A DNA stretch of 64,000 nt from an uncultured Nitrospiraceae bacterium (GCA_963705105.1 CAVPIW010000006.1:896001-960000); one strand, 5' to 3'. Positions 29,674 to 40,001 are shown, counted from the stretch's first letter. Notes: generated by a model from the letters alone, not told the origin. Made by a program: numbers and translations.

Positions 29674-31035
29674 TTATACCGATAACCGCTCCAGGGCATC
29701 CTCCACATTGTGAACGCCCTCCACGGCAAGTCCGAGGTCGTCCTTCAGCCTCTCGGCATTTCCCCTGGGAATGACGGCCCTGCGGAAGCCGATCTTCGCC
29801 GCCTCCCTGAGCCTCGCCTCGGCCTGCGCAACGGCACGCACCTCGCCCGACAGGCCGACCTCACCGACAACAACCGTCGCCGCGTCGATGATCCTCTCCC
29901 TGAACGAGGAGACGATGGAGGCGACGACTCCCAGGTCCGCCGCAGGCTCGGCGATCTTAAGGCCGCCCACGATGTTGACGAAAACGTCCATCGTCCCCAG
30001 GTGAAGGCCCGCCCTTTTTTCGAGGACGGCGATGAGGAGATTGACGCGGTTGAAATCGATGCCCATGCTCGTCCTGCGCGGCATGCCGAAGGTCGTCGGC
30101 GAGACGAGGGCCTGCACCTCCACGAGCAGGGGACGGGTCCCCTCCATACTCGCGATGACGGCCGAACCGGACACGCCGGCAGGCCGCTCCGACAGGAAGA
30201 GCTGCGACGGGTTGTCGATCTCGATGAGACCGCGGTCCGTCATCTCGAATATGCCGATTTCATTGGCCGCGCCGAAGCGGTTCTTGATGGCGCGGATGAC
30301 GCGGTAGCTGTATCCGCGGTCCCCCTCGAAGTAGAGGACCGTGTCGACAATGTGCTCCAGCACCTTCGGCCCCGCGATGGCGCCCTCCTTCGTGACGTGG
30401 CCGATCAGGAACAGGGGGATCTCTTCCTTTTTCGCGAAGACCATGAGCTTCGCCGCGGACTCCCTGATCTGGCTCACCGACCCGGGGGCGGAGGTAAGCT
30501 CTTCGGTGTAGACCGTCTGGATCGAGTCGATGACGATGACCCGTGGTTTGATCTCACGGGCGACGTCGATGATCCTCTCGATGACCGTTTCCGGGTAGAG
30601 GACGATGGACGGGTCGGCGACGGAAAGCCTGTCGGCCCTCAGCTTTATCTGGACAGGAGACTCTTCACCCGAGACATAGAGGACCTTCTTCCGCTGCGCT
30701 GCGATGCGTGAAACAGCCTGCAGAAGGAGTGTCGACTTCCCTATCCCCGGGTCTCCGCCGATGAGAACGACGGCGCCTTTGACGAGACCTCCCCCCAGCA
30801 CCCGGTCGAACTCCCTGATGCCGACGGCATCCCGTTCCTCGCCGCTGCTCGGGATCGAGTCAAGGGACTGAAGAACCGCCGCGCGTTCCTGCCCCCCCGA
30901 GGTTCTCAGTGATTTCGGCGGCTGCCGCTCCTCGGAGAAGCTGTTCCAGGCCCCGCAGTCGGGACACCTGCCGAGCCACTTGTGACTCACGTGGCCGCAC
31001 CCCTGGCACTGAAAGACGTTCCTGGCCTTAGACAT
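29674..31035 (-). CDS. radA: DNA repair protein RadA/Sms
   Basis: C4 zinc finger, GGDPGIGKSTLL, KNRFG and Lon-like C-terminus. Confidence 0.97.
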   Translation of the reverse strand: MSKARNVFQCQGCGHVSHKWLGRCPDCGAWNSFSEERQPPKSLRTSGGQERAAVLQSLDSIPSSGEERDAVGIREFDRVLGGGLVKGAVVLIGGDPGIGKSTLLLQAVSRIAAQRKKVLYVSGEESPVQIKLRADRLSVADPSIVLYPETVIERIIDVAREIKPRVIVIDSIQTVYTEELTSAPGSVSQIRESAAKLMVFAKKEEIPLFLIGHVTKEGAIAGPKVLEHIVDTVLYFEGDRGYSYRVIRAIKNRFGAANEIGIFEMTDRGLIEIDNPSQLFLSERPAGVSGSAVIASMEGTRPLLVEVQALVSPTTFGMPRRTSMGIDFNRVNLLIAVLEKRAGLHLGTMDVFVNIVGGLKIAEPAADLGVVASIVSSFRERIIDAATVVVGEVGLSGEVRAVAQAEARLREAAKIGFRRAVIPRGNAERLKDDLGLAVEGVHNVEDALERLSV

Positions 31036-31819
31036 GGAGAAGCCTCATCCCCGTGCCTAGACTGACGGAAAGACGGATGCATTCGTCGACATATTCCTTC
31101 GCTTTCCGGGCCGCCTCATGGACGGACGATCCCCTTGCGAGAAGGGCCGTTATAGCGGCGGAATAAGCGCAGCCCGTGCCGTGATAGACTCCCTTCGCAC
31201 GCCTGCCTGTGATGGGATGAAACCGGCTTCCGTCGAAAAGAAGATCAAGGGTCTGTCCCGCGCCGGGCCTTCGTCCTTGAAACTCGTCGGTATGGCCTCC
31301 TGTGATGATGACGTCCCCTGCTCCCCTGTCCCTGATGGCGACTGCGGCCCTCTCCATATCTTCCTCGCTCCTGATGGAGATGCCGGAAAGTACCGCCGCC
31401 TCGGAGATGTTCGGCGTGATCACCCTGGCCAATGGGAGGAGCTCGTCCCTGATCACATCGATGACGCCCGGTTCGGCGAGGTGCGTGCCCGTCGATGAGA
31501 CCGTGACGGGGTCGATGACGAGATTCTCCAGATCGAATCCCCTGACGACCTTCACGACGGTCCTGACGGCGCCCGCCGTATAGAGCATGCCCGTCTTGAG
31601 TGCATCGGGCCTGATATCGTTGATGAGCACCGTGAGCTGCTCATCGAGGAAAGCATCCGTGACGGGCACGACGGCGGCGACCTGAGACGTGTTCTGGGCT
31701 GTCAGGGACGACACCGCCGAGAGGCCCCAGACGCCGAAGTGCCTGAAGACCCTGATGTCCGACTGGAGACCAGCCCCTCCCGTGGGATCGGAACCTGCTA
31801 TGGTAAGGGCGACTTTCAT
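31028..31819 (-). CDS. thiD: Hydroxymethylpyrimidine/phosphomethylpyrimidine kinase
   Basis: [26 protein letters not shown] and HGTGC motifs. Confidence 0.93.
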   Translation of the reverse strand: MKVALTIAGSDPTGGAGLQSDIRVFRHFGVWGLSAVSSLTAQNTSQVAAVVPVTDAFLDEQLTVLINDIRPDALKTGMLYTAGAVRTVVKVVRGFDLENLVIDPVTVSSTGTHLAEPGVIDVIRDELLPLARVITPNISEAAVLSGISIRSEEDMERAAVAIRDRGAGDVIITGGHTDEFQGRRPGAGQTLDLLFDGSRFHPITGRRAKGVYHGTGCAYSAAITALLARGSSVHEAARKAKEYVDECIRLSVSLGTGMRLLHV

Positions 31820-31935
31820 GGTTATGCTTGATTTTATTATATCAGCCGGTGCAAACGATTGACAAACGTGCGTCTCATAGAGTAAATTACATATCTATTT
31901 TGCGTTCCCGCGTAATTTTTAAGGAAGGTGCATAC

Positions 31936-32370
31936 ATGAAGACGGCATTTGCGAAGAAGGAAGACATCGAACGGAAATGGTATGTGGTCGATGCGAACAA
32001 CCTCGTCCTCGGCAGGATGGCCACAAGGATAGCATCATTCCTCAGGGGCAAACACAAACCGATATTCACCCCCCATGTGGACACCGGGGATTTCGTCATC
32101 GTCGTCAACGCCGACAAGGTGAGGGTGACGGGGAACAAGCTGAACGACAAGAAATACTACCATCATACCGGGTATATCGGGCATATCAAGGAAAAGACCC
32201 TGAAGGACAGGATGAAGAGCGAACCCGAAAAGGTGATCGAAGACGCCGTGTGGGGCATGCTTCCCAAGAACCGCCTCGGCAGGCAGATGATCAAGAAGCT
32301 CAAGGTTTACCGCGGCCCTGACCATAGCCACAGCGCCCAGAAACCGGAACCGATCGACGTAACCAAGTAA
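31936..32370 (+). CDS. rplM: 50S ribosomal protein L13
   Basis: [23 protein letters not shown] and GMLPKN motifs. Confidence 0.98.
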   Translation: MKTAFAKKEDIERKWYVVDANNLVLGRMATRIASFLRGKHKPIFTPHVDTGDFVIVVNADKVRVTGNKLNDKKYYHHTGYIGHIKEKTLKDRMKSEPEKVIEDAVWGMLPKNRLGRQMIKKLKVYRGPDHSHSAQKPEPIDVTK

Positions 32371-32384
32371 GGAGAACAGAATCG

Positions 32385-32777
32385 ATGGCGTCAATCCAAT
32401 ACAGCGCAACAGGGAGAAGGAAACGGTCCGTGGCCAGGGTGGCCCTCATCCCCGGCACCGGCAAGATATCCGTCAATGAGAGGGATGTGGATTCGTATTT
32501 CCCCCGCGAGACCCTCAGGATGATCATCAGGCAGCCCCTCCAGATTACCGGGGTGATCGGCAAATACGATATCGTCGCCAATGTCCACGGCGGCGGCCCG
32601 AGCGGCCAGGCGGGCGCATTGAGGCACGGCATCGCCCGCGCCCTTGTCAACGTCGACACCGATCTCAAGCCGAAGCTGAAAAAGGAAGGTCTTCTCACGA
32701 GAGATCCCAGAGAGGTGGAGCGGAAGAAATACGGTCAAAAGGGAGCGAGAAGCCGGTTCCAGTTCTCCAAGAGGTAA
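32385..32777 (+). CDS. rpsI: 30S ribosomal protein S9
   Basis: [20 protein letters not shown] and [10 protein letters not shown]...QFSKR motifs. Confidence 0.98.
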   Translation: MASIQYSATGRRKRSVARVALIPGTGKISVNERDVDSYFPRETLRMIIRQPLQITGVIGKYDIVANVHGGGPSGQAGALRHGIARALVNVDTDLKPKLKKEGLLTRDPREVERKKYGQKGARSRFQFSKR

Positions 32778-32818
32778 ACGCGTCACCGTCGCCGGTACGC
32801 CTATACTGTATAGTTATG

Positions 32819-32849
32819 AGGCCCGTCTCCGGACGGGCCTTTTTGTTTT
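32819..32849 (+). terminator. Intrinsic terminator after rpsI
   Basis: AGGCCCGTC-TCCG-GACGGGCCT followed by TTTTGTTTT. Confidence 0.85.
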
Positions 32850-32850
32850 C

Positions 32851-33077
32851 CCTGTCGTTCGTTGTGAAAAGGCGGGGCGAAGCACTCTGAAAAGCAGTGA
32901 CAGTGTGAGTGTGAGTGTCAGTGAAAGGAATCGTTCTTATATCGACGCTGCCGTCCTGGTATTCGTGACCTTGTTCCGACTGTCGACTGCCGACAATGAC
33001 TTTAATGACTCAATGACTTAATGACTTGTGCGGTGGCATCGTCGCCCCGCCTTTCCGGAAGGAGTATGCAACGACAG
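32851..33077 (-). mobile_element. MITE-like element (LX-RX), TSD TTTC
   Basis: TTTC|CCTGTCGTT ... AACGACAG|TTTC. Confidence 0.82.
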
Positions 33078-33103
33078 TTTCTTTTCAAGAGGAGGGAACA
33101 AAA

Positions 33104-34144
33104 ATGCTGAAGGTTGCTATATGCGGGGGAAGCGGGTACACGGGAGCGGAGTTGTTGCGGATTCTTGCCCATCATCCCGAAGTGGAGATCACCGCCGTCA
33201 CGTCCGAGAAGTCCGCCGGCAAGAGGGTAACGGACCTCTTTCCCCATCTCCGCCGGTATCATGACCTCACCTATGAGGGATTGGACAAGTCCACGCTCCT
33301 GTCGAAGGCCGACCTCTTTTTCATGGCCCTGCCCCATGCCGCCTCGCAGGAGGCGGTGGACCTCTTCTTCCGCGAGGGCAGGAAGGTCATCGATCTCTCC
33401 GCCGACTACCGCCTGACGGACCCCTCGGTCTATGAAGAATGGTACAAAACGCCGCATAACTGCCGGGAGACGCTGAAATCGGCCGTCTACGGCCTGCCGG
33501 AACTCCACAGGGAGGAGATCGGGAAATCCTGTCTCATCGCAAACCCCGGGTGCTATCCTACAAGCGCCATCCTCGGTCTCTGCCCCGCCATTCAGCAATC
33601 GATCATCGATACCGGCAGGATCATCGTCGACTCTAAATCGGGCACGTCCGGCGCCGGGAGGAAGGCCGAAACGGCCTTCTCGTACTGTGAGGTCAACGAA
33701 GGGTTCAAGGCATACGGCATCGGCGTGCACCGTCACACACCCGAGATAGAGCAGGAGCTGTCCGGCATTGCAGGAAAGCCGGTCCGCATCACCTTCACAC
33801 CCCACCTCGTCCCCATGGACAGGGGCATCGTCTCGACCATATACGCGCCTCTCCTGAAAGACATCGACACCCCGGACGTCCTGTCCATATACAGGGACCG
33901 GTACGCGAATGAACCTTTCGTGACAGTCCTGGACGAGGGCAGATACCCGAACGCCAAGGACGTGCGGGGCACGAACGCCTGCATGATCGGCGTCAAGGTT
34001 GTGAAACGGACGGGGACGCTCGTCATCGTATCGGCCATCGACAACCTCGTCAAGGGCGCATCCGGGCAGGCCGTGCAGAACATGAACATCCTGGCGGGAT
34101 TCGGGGAGACGACGGCACTTGAGGCGATGGGGCTGTTTCCGTAG
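33104..34144 (+). CDS. argC: N-acetyl-gamma-glutamyl-phosphate reductase
   Basis: GGSGYTGAEL, ANPGCYPT, SGTSGAG and DNLVKGASGQAVQNMN motifs. Confidence 0.97.
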   Translation: MLKVAICGGSGYTGAELLRILAHHPEVEITAVTSEKSAGKRVTDLFPHLRRYHDLTYEGLDKSTLLSKADLFFMALPHAASQEAVDLFFREGRKVIDLSADYRLTDPSVYEEWYKTPHNCRETLKSAVYGLPELHREEIGKSCLIANPGCYPTSAILGLCPAIQQSIIDTGRIIVDSKSGTSGAGRKAETAFSYCEVNEGFKAYGIGVHRHTPEIEQELSGIAGKPVRITFTPHLVPMDRGIVSTIYAPLLKDIDTPDVLSIYRDRYANEPFVTVLDEGRYPNAKDVRGTNACMIGVKVVKRTGTLVIVSAIDNLVKGASGQAVQNMNILAGFGETTALEAMGLFP

Positions 34145-34180
34145 CGGTACGACAGTGTCAGTGAGAGTGTGAGTGGAATG

Positions 34181-34212
34181 GAGGGGGCGAGGCGAAACCT
34201 CGCCCCCTTGTT
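34181..34212. terminator. Hairpin between convergent genes
   Basis: AGGGGGCGAGG-CGAAA-CCTCGCCCCCT. Confidence 0.7.
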
Positions 34213-34230
34213 GTGTGAAGTGTCTGAAGC

Positions 34231-36867
34231 TTAAGGCGCGACGAAGCCGGTTGCCCAGAGGTAATAGCCGCTCAGACTCCCTGCAGGGGTCACGACCGTC
34301 AGCAGGAAATAGTTGCCCGTCGGGAAATAGTGGAGCGGGAAAGTCGCATAGAGATGCTCGTCGATGGGTCCCGTCGTATTGGACCTCCACTTGGGCAACG
34401 GGAGGGCTGCCGGCTGGAGGCCCAGGTCCTCCCGGATCATCCAGATGAGATCCCCGCTAAGGGCGGGTGCGACCAGGGCAAGGTAAATATCCACAGGACC
34501 GGTGAATTCCGGGAACCCCACCCGCAGATTGAGCACACCGCCCTCAGGCGTCCCTCCCGTGAACGGCCGGGCGAGAGACGGATTGGGATCGTAGACCGGC
34601 GCCGCCAACGGAAAATAGGTATCAATGAAAGCCCCCGTCGGCACCGCCATGGGGTTGCAGCCCGTCTCCGCAGCGCCGTGGGTCAGGTCGCCGCTGTAGT
34701 AAACCCAGGCCTTCGTTGTCCCCGAGGGCAGCCCGCTGACGACAAATGTGCCTTCGGCGCTGGCGTTCACGTACCGGATCTCCTTCGTGCCGCCAACGAG
34801 CAGTTCGACGGCAATCCTGGCGTTCGGGACTGCAGGGATGAGCCGCCCTGAGAGGATCGCGATCGGCGCCGCCACCGCCTGCCTTGCCTCGCATTCGATC
34901 CTCGTCCTGTTCACGAGATGCGTCCAGAGATCTACGCCGCCGATGGGGATGAAGGTGTCGGCATAGGGCACATAGGCCTCGATCTTCGGCTTCCCGATGA
35001 ATCCGGGACGCTCGTCCATCTGCCTGGAATCGCGCGGATTTTCAGGTCTCCCCGACGGCAGGGCCATAAAGAAGACCGTCTCCTTGCCGCCCGGCGGCAG
35101 GTCCAGGGTTTCGGGCTCGACGATGACGGCCCATCCCGGAGGGATGTCCTTGACACTGAAGTGGACCGGCGTCCGGCCGTCGGTGAAGGGATTGAACACG
35201 GTGATCGACTGACCGGCGCCATCATAAGGACTGCCGGCGCTCGTGTCGAAGTGGCTGACGTTCTCCTGGGCCACATTATTCGCCGTGCTCAGCTCACCGG
35301 CGATGTCCTCGATCTCTGCCTTGATACAGGTGTGCTGTCCTACCGAAGGCTTCCAGATCACATAGTCCTCGACAGTGTCGCCGGCTGCGACGGTCGGGAA
35401 GATGATCGTCCCGAGAAACCCCCAGTCCGGTCCTGCATCACCCATGCCGGGAGGGTCGTTCTGGAACACCTGGACGCGTACGTTCGTGGCGACGCCGGGC
35501 CCGATGTTCCGTATCCGCACATAGACACGGTTGTCATGATCTACCCAGGCGTCGTCTCCGTTGCCCGTGGGATTCCCGCCGCCGTCTGTGTAGCGGTAGG
35601 TGTCGAAGCCGTTCTTTGCGCTGTCGATCCAGATATCGACTGTCTCATGGGGAGGCGCTCCCCAGGGGATGATCATGGGATCGGGTTTGGCCGACGGAGG
35701 CAGCAGGTACCGGATGCGGACGGTGTAATTGTTCCCCGTCTGGCTCAGAACGTCCACCGTGAGGTTCCGCGAGGGATCCGTAAAGGATTCGCCGACGCCG
35801 AGGGGCGCCTGGTCGAGGTTCAACGCCGAGGGGTTCTCCAGCACGATACATTTCAGGATGTTCATGGGGTCTTCGTTGACGATGGAGACGAGGACACCCT
35901 CGCTCGGCAGGTTCTCGTCGCCGCTTATCTGCCGCCGGTTTTCAATGACGTACCCGTTGAAGGGGGACCCGCTTGTGAAGGGGATCCTCACGATCTGCGT
36001 GCCCCCGGCTGTAAAGAGCTCCTGCGGTGCGATCGTTATCGTCCTGTCGATGTCGGCGCCCACGGGAGGCCCGACGGTCTCTATTCTCGGGGAGGCCGCG
36101 CCGGTCCATCCCGGTATCCATCCCCGCTGCGACTTCGCGTAGCCGATGAAGTGATTGATACCAGGGCTGAGCCCCATGATGTCCCAGGGAGTGATGACGT
36201 CACGGGTCAGGCCGGGGTTCCAGCGGATGTCACCGTAATGCGTCGGCAACCCCAGTTCGTGCCCCAGTTCATGGGCAGCCACGGAACCGGCCTGATCGAA
36301 ATTCCGTGCCTCTCCGACCGTCGCGCCCAGCCATTCGTTGACGATCGCCATGGTCATGAACCGTTTTCCGACGGAGGAGCCGCCCTCGACGAAATAGCTC
36401 TCGATCCCCTCATTGACCCGCCACCACCAGGGGCCGCCGCCCTGGCCGCCGAAACCGTCCCAGTTGGTGATGACGAGGACGCGGTCGTAGTTCGCCATAT
36501 TGACGTCCGGATCGATGAGGTTGATGGCGTCCTGCCCCGTTTTGGAGAAGTCGTAGGACGCCGAGGCGTAGCCCAGGTTGTACCAGGTCCCGGCAGGGGA
36601 CGTCTCGAAAATGAAATTCGTCTGGTTGAATGTTGCACCGTTGTAGAAAGTGTTGACCTCGTTGTTGAGAAGATTCACCCAGTCTGTGCAGGTGCCAAGC
36701 CTCGTCGTTGCATCATCGCTCCACCTCACACAGATGACGAGGACAGGCTGGTTCACGCCGATGTGGCTCCTCGACGCAGCATAGACATCAGATACCGCTG
36801 CGACGAGAGACAGAACAACTGCCAGTACAAGAAACACCCGAAAACAGGATCGCTTCAATGCTCTCAT
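34231..36867 (-). CDS. Secreted M6/immune-inhibitor-A-like zinc metalloprotease with Ig-like/CARDB-like domains
   Basis: Signal peptide, AAHELGHELGLP, WDIMG Met-turn, and YVIENR; start MRALKR behind AAGGAGG. Confidence 0.82.
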   Translation of the reverse strand: MRALKRSCFRVFLVLAVVLSLVAAVSDVYAASRSHIGVNQPVLVICVRWSDDATTRLGTCTDWVNLLNNEVNTFYNGATFNQTNFIFETSPAGTWYNLGYASASYDFSKTGQDAINLIDPDVNMANYDRVLVITNWDGFGGQGGGPWWWRVNEGIESYFVEGGSSVGKRFMTMAIVNEWLGATVGEARNFDQAGSVAAHELGHELGLPTHYGDIRWNPGLTRDVITPWDIMGLSPGINHFIGYAKSQRGWIPGWTGAASPRIETVGPPVGADIDRTITIAPQELFTAGGTQIVRIPFTSGSPFNGYVIENRRQISGDENLPSEGVLVSIVNEDPMNILKCIVLENPSALNLDQAPLGVGESFTDPSRNLTVDVLSQTGNNYTVRIRYLLPPSAKPDPMIIPWGAPPHETVDIWIDSAKNGFDTYRYTDGGGNPTGNGDDAWVDHDNRVYVRIRNIGPGVATNVRVQVFQNDPPGMGDAGPDWGFLGTIIFPTVAAGDTVEDYVIWKPSVGQHTCIKAEIEDIAGELSTANNVAQENVSHFDTSAGSPYDGAGQSITVFNPFTDGRTPVHFSVKDIPPGWAVIVEPETLDLPPGGKETVFFMALPSGRPENPRDSRQMDERPGFIGKPKIEAYVPYADTFIPIGGVDLWTHLVNRTRIECEARQAVAAPIAILSGRLIPAVPNARIAVELLVGGTKEIRYVNASAEGTFVVSGLPSGTTKAWVYYSGDLTHGAAETGCNPMAVPTGAFIDTYFPLAAPVYDPNPSLARPFTGGTPEGGVLNLRVGFPEFTGPVDIYLALVAPALSGDLIWMIREDLGLQPAALPLPKWRSNTTGPIDEHLYATFPLHYFPTGNYFLLTVVTPAGSLSGYYLWATGFVAP

Positions 36868-37053
36868 GTAATGCACCTCCTTGCGATTAGAAAAAACAGG
36901 TTGTGTTTCCTGAAATCCCGCTTCATCCCCATGATCAAAAATACCTGTGCCGGGGTCAACAAAAGACCGACAAAAGTTCATACTCACGAATACCACAGAA
37001 AATGCCCATTGTCAACAAAAAAATGTTCTCATCATCTGATATCCGATTTTTTG

Positions 37054-37082
37054 TTGACATCCCTGACTTTCATCCCTATACT
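37054..37082 (+). promoter_or_regulatory. Sigma70-type promoter
   Basis: TTGACA-17-TATACT. Confidence 0.6.
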
Positions 37083-37116
37083 TGATGCAAGGTCACCAGA
37101 AAAAAGGAGGGTACAC

Positions 37117-37606
37117 ATGAGAAAAGTCATTATCGCGGCATTTTTCCTCGGCATTCTGCTCTTCAGCGTCTCACCTGCCCCGGCACTTGATATCATCGAA
37201 CATCCCCGTTTTTGTCCTCGATCCGTGTCTCTTCGCAACTGCGACGGTCGATGTGACCCCCGAGACATGGTACGACATTTCGGGCACACCGCCAGGCCCG
37301 TACTTCAGCTCCATCATCAGGTACGACATAAGTCAGTCCGGCACGACGATCGGCAACGTGATCAGCAGCTACAAGAGGGTGACCATCGGCGGCGAAAAGA
37401 AAATATCCATGGAAGACACGATAATCGCGGGTGATGTGGTCATCTACGGCAGGTCGTCGAAAACCGGCTCCGGGATCATGGGGGCAAGGGGGATCGTCGT
37501 CGGCATCACCGACAGGGGCAGACCCATCACAGGCAATACCATCACCTATCTTCTGTCGAGCTTCGGCGGAAACAACAGGCTCTGCTTCTTCGTCACAACA
37601 CCCTAA
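37117..37606 (+). pseudogene. Exported hypothetical protein with an apparent +1 frameshift near 37190
   Basis: RBS AAGGAGG and signal peptide MRKVIIAAFFLGILLFSVSPAPA lie in one frame; the protein-like mature part (ORF 37187-37606) lies in the next frame. Confidence 0.6.
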
Positions 37607-37690
37607 GCATTTCTCAGCGAGGGACGGCCTGTCGTCGTCCCTCGCCTGGTGACCTCCCCCCTTCCACTCCCATTCGACAGGCAAAGTCAA

Positions 37691-38045
37691 CCTTATTGTT
37701 GCAATACACTCCCGGGAAAGGCGGAGCGACGATGCCACCGCAAGAGTCATTAAGTCATTGAGTCATTAAAGTCATTGTCGGCAGTCGACAGTCGGAACAA
37801 GGTCACGAATACCAGGACGGGAAGGCTGATGTGGTGAAAAGCCTTTCCTCTAAGATACCTTGTTTATCCCCAGACCACCCTCTGCCGTGTCTATTGATAC
37901 CGGAAGCCCGTCAGGCAACAGGCGCTGAACACCTTGCAATGTCTCATCATCGCATTGGAGAGGCTTTGAACTATATCTGCCTTCCCGGAGGCGCGTCGGT
38001 TTCAGCGGGGCCTTGAGGCGCTTCGCCCCGCCTTTCTATGCAAGG
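37691..38045 (+). mobile_element. MITE-like element (LX, 168-bp hairpin module, RY), TSD TCAA
   Basis: TCAA at 37687-37690 and 38046-38049; CCTT...AAGG ends. Confidence 0.88.
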
Positions 38046-38050
38046 TCAAA

Positions 38051-40001
38051 CCCATCTTCTACAGTTGGACCCGAAAAGCGCTCCGAATCAGACATAAGAA
38101 TCTATGAGAAACAGGGTGATATGAGGAGAGGAATTGGAAAGAAGCTCAAAACATAGTGCCACGTCATAGCCATTATAAGCTTGCCAATAGGGATTAGAAT
38201 GGGTATAATATTAATGTCATGTTCATCAGAATCAAACCATCCGGCCCCCGCTCCTATCTGCAGATCGTTGAAAGCCGATGGGAAAACGGCAAGGTCCGCC
38301 AGAAAGTCATCGCCACCCTGGGGCGTGTCGATAAACTCCGGGAATCGGGAGCTTTGGACAGCCTCGTACGCTCGGGGGCGCGGTTTTCAGAAAAGCTTGC
38401 CCTGCTTGATGCCTATGACAAGGGAGAGGTTCCGTCTGTGGGACAGCAAAAGATCGGACTGCCTCTGGTGTTTGGCCGACTATGGAAGGAACTCGGCATC
38501 CCGGACGTGATCACCCGCGTGCTGTCGCAGAGGAAGTATCAGTTTGCCGTGGAGAGGGCGATCTATCTGACGGTGCTGCACCGGCTCAGCGCATCGGGCT
38601 CTGACAGGGCGGCGGACAAGTGGAAGGACGACTACCGGATTGAGGCGGCGGAGGGGATCGAGCTGCACCACCTGTACCGGGCGATGGCATGGTTAGGGGA
38701 GGAGTTGCCGGAGGACGACCAGGAAGGGGCGACACCCTTTGCCTGCCGGTGCACGAAGGACCTGATCGAAGAAGGGATCTTTGAGCGCCGGAGGGACCTG
38801 TTTACAGATCTCACCCTGGTGTTTTTTGACACCACGAGCATCTATTTTGAAGGAAATGGGGGAGAGGAGATCGGGCAGTTGGGCAACAGCAAGGACCACC
38901 GGCCTGACCTTCTGCAGATGGTGGTGGGTGTGATCATCGACAGCGCGGGTCGGCCGTTGTGCTGTGAGTTGTGGCCGGGCAACACGACGGACGTCAAGAG
39001 CCTTCTTCCCGTCACCGAGAGATTACGCAAGCGGTTTGGGATCCAGCGGGTCTGTGTCGTGGCGGACCGGGGGATGATCAGCGCGGCGACGGTCAAGGAG
39101 TTGCAGACGGGGGAGGTCCCGTACATCCTGGGCGCCCGGATGAGGAGACAGAAAGAGGTCACCCAGGAGGTGCTCAGCCGGGCGGGCAGGTATGAGGAAG
39201 TGTATCCCAAGGGTGCGGACAGCAAAGCGCCCTCACCGCTGAAAGTCAAGGACGTGCGTGTTGACGACAGACGGTACGTCGTCTGTTACAACGAGGATCA
39301 GGCCAAGAAAGACGCTCTTGACCGGCAGAGTATCGTTGCCTCCCTGCGGGACAAACTGCAGCAGGGACACAAGACATTGGTGGGCAACAAGGGGTACCGG
39401 AAGTACCTCAAGGCGACGGGGCAGAGGTTCGGGATCGATGAGGACAAGATCAAGGCGGAGGGACGGTATGACGGCAAGTGGGTCCTCAGGACGAACACGA
39501 CACTGCCGGCGCGGGAGGTGGCGCTGCAGTACAAGCAGCTGTGGATGGTGGAGCAGATCTTCCGGAGCATGAAGAGCATCCTCAGCACGCAGCCCATCTA
39601 CCACAAGTGTGACGAGACGATCCGGGGGCATGTGTTCTGCAGTTTCCTTGCATTGGTGCTGATCAAGGAACTGCAGGGGCGGATGGAAAGGAAGGGGTGG
39701 CAGGCGGAATGGGCTGATGTGATCCGTGACCTGGAGAGGGTCGAAGAAGTGACGATCCGGACCGGTACGAAGGAGGTCCTTCTCCGGAGCGACCTCAAGG
39801 GACAAGCCGGCAAGGCGTTTCAGGCGGCGGGCGTGGCTGTGCCGCCGACAGTCAGGATACTGAATCAGACTGCATTGGACATGGAGACGTCATGACAGTG
39901 AGCGTGAAGCTGACAAGGGGATTCCTAGTGCCACGCCCTTCTTGCGCCCTCATATCCCCTTGTTATAAGAAAGTTATTTTCTTGCTACTGTAGAAGATGG
40001 G
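38051..40001 (+). mobile_element. IS1634-family insertion sequence, complete
   Basis: 15-bp perfect IR CCCATCTTCTACAGT / ACTGTAGAAGATGGG; 5-bp TSD TCAAA at 38046-38050 and 40002-40006; promoter TTGCCA-17-TATAAT at 38181. Confidence 0.92.
38219..39895 (+). CDS. IS1634-family DDE transposase
   Basis: YLQIVESRW.NGKVRQ, FFDTTSIYFEG, GNSKDHRPD, VADRGM and VEQIFRSMK motifs. Confidence 0.93.
   Translation: MFIRIKPSGPRSYLQIVESRWENGKVRQKVIATLGRVDKLRESGALDSLVRSGARFSEKLALLDAYDKGEVPSVGQQKIGLPLVFGRLWKELGIPDVITRVLSQRKYQFAVERAIYLTVLHRLSASGSDRAADKWKDDYRIEAAEGIELHHLYRAMAWLGEELPEDDQEGATPFACRCTKDLIEEGIFERRRDLFTDLTLVFFDTTSIYFEGNGGEEIGQLGNSKDHRPDLLQMVVGVIIDSAGRPLCCELWPGNTTDVKSLLPVTERLRKRFGIQRVCVVADRGMISAATVKELQTGEVPYILGARMRRQKEVTQEVLSRAGRYEEVYPKGADSKAPSPLKVKDVRVDDRRYVVCYNEDQAKKDALDRQSIVASLRDKLQQGHKTLVGNKGYRKYLKATGQRFGIDEDKIKAEGRYDGKWVLRTNTTLPAREVALQYKQLWMVEQIFRSMKSILSTQPIYHKCDETIRGHVFCSFLALVLIKELQGRMERKGWQAEWADVIRDLERVEEVTIRTGTKEVLLRSDLKGQAGKAFQAAGVAVPPTVRILNQTALDMETS

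Noticed and set aside
33002..34390. 462-aa minus-strand ORF and similar long antisense ORFs (4853, 29710, 43931, 44907, 48580)
   Set aside because: GC-rich codon shadows of well-supported genes on the opposite strand.
34918..37434. 838-aa plus-strand ORF
   Set aside because: Antisense shadow of the metalloprotease; only its last part (from 37117) has an RBS and signal peptide.
37740..37820. GTCATT and CACTGA short repeats as a CRISPR array
   Set aside because: Units are 6-9 bp with no unique spacers and recur as dispersed MITE arms; there are no cas genes.
37831..38016. Recurrent short ORFs (MVKSLSSKIP..., MTLAVASSLRLSREC..., MYAPKTLL...)
   Set aside because: They arise from MITE sequence, have inconsistent starts and stops among copies, and lack an RBS.
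38051..40001. IS1634 as the autonomous partner of the CCTT...AAGG MITEs
   Set aside because: The IR sequence shares only the terminal CC, and the TSD is 5 bp versus 4 bp.
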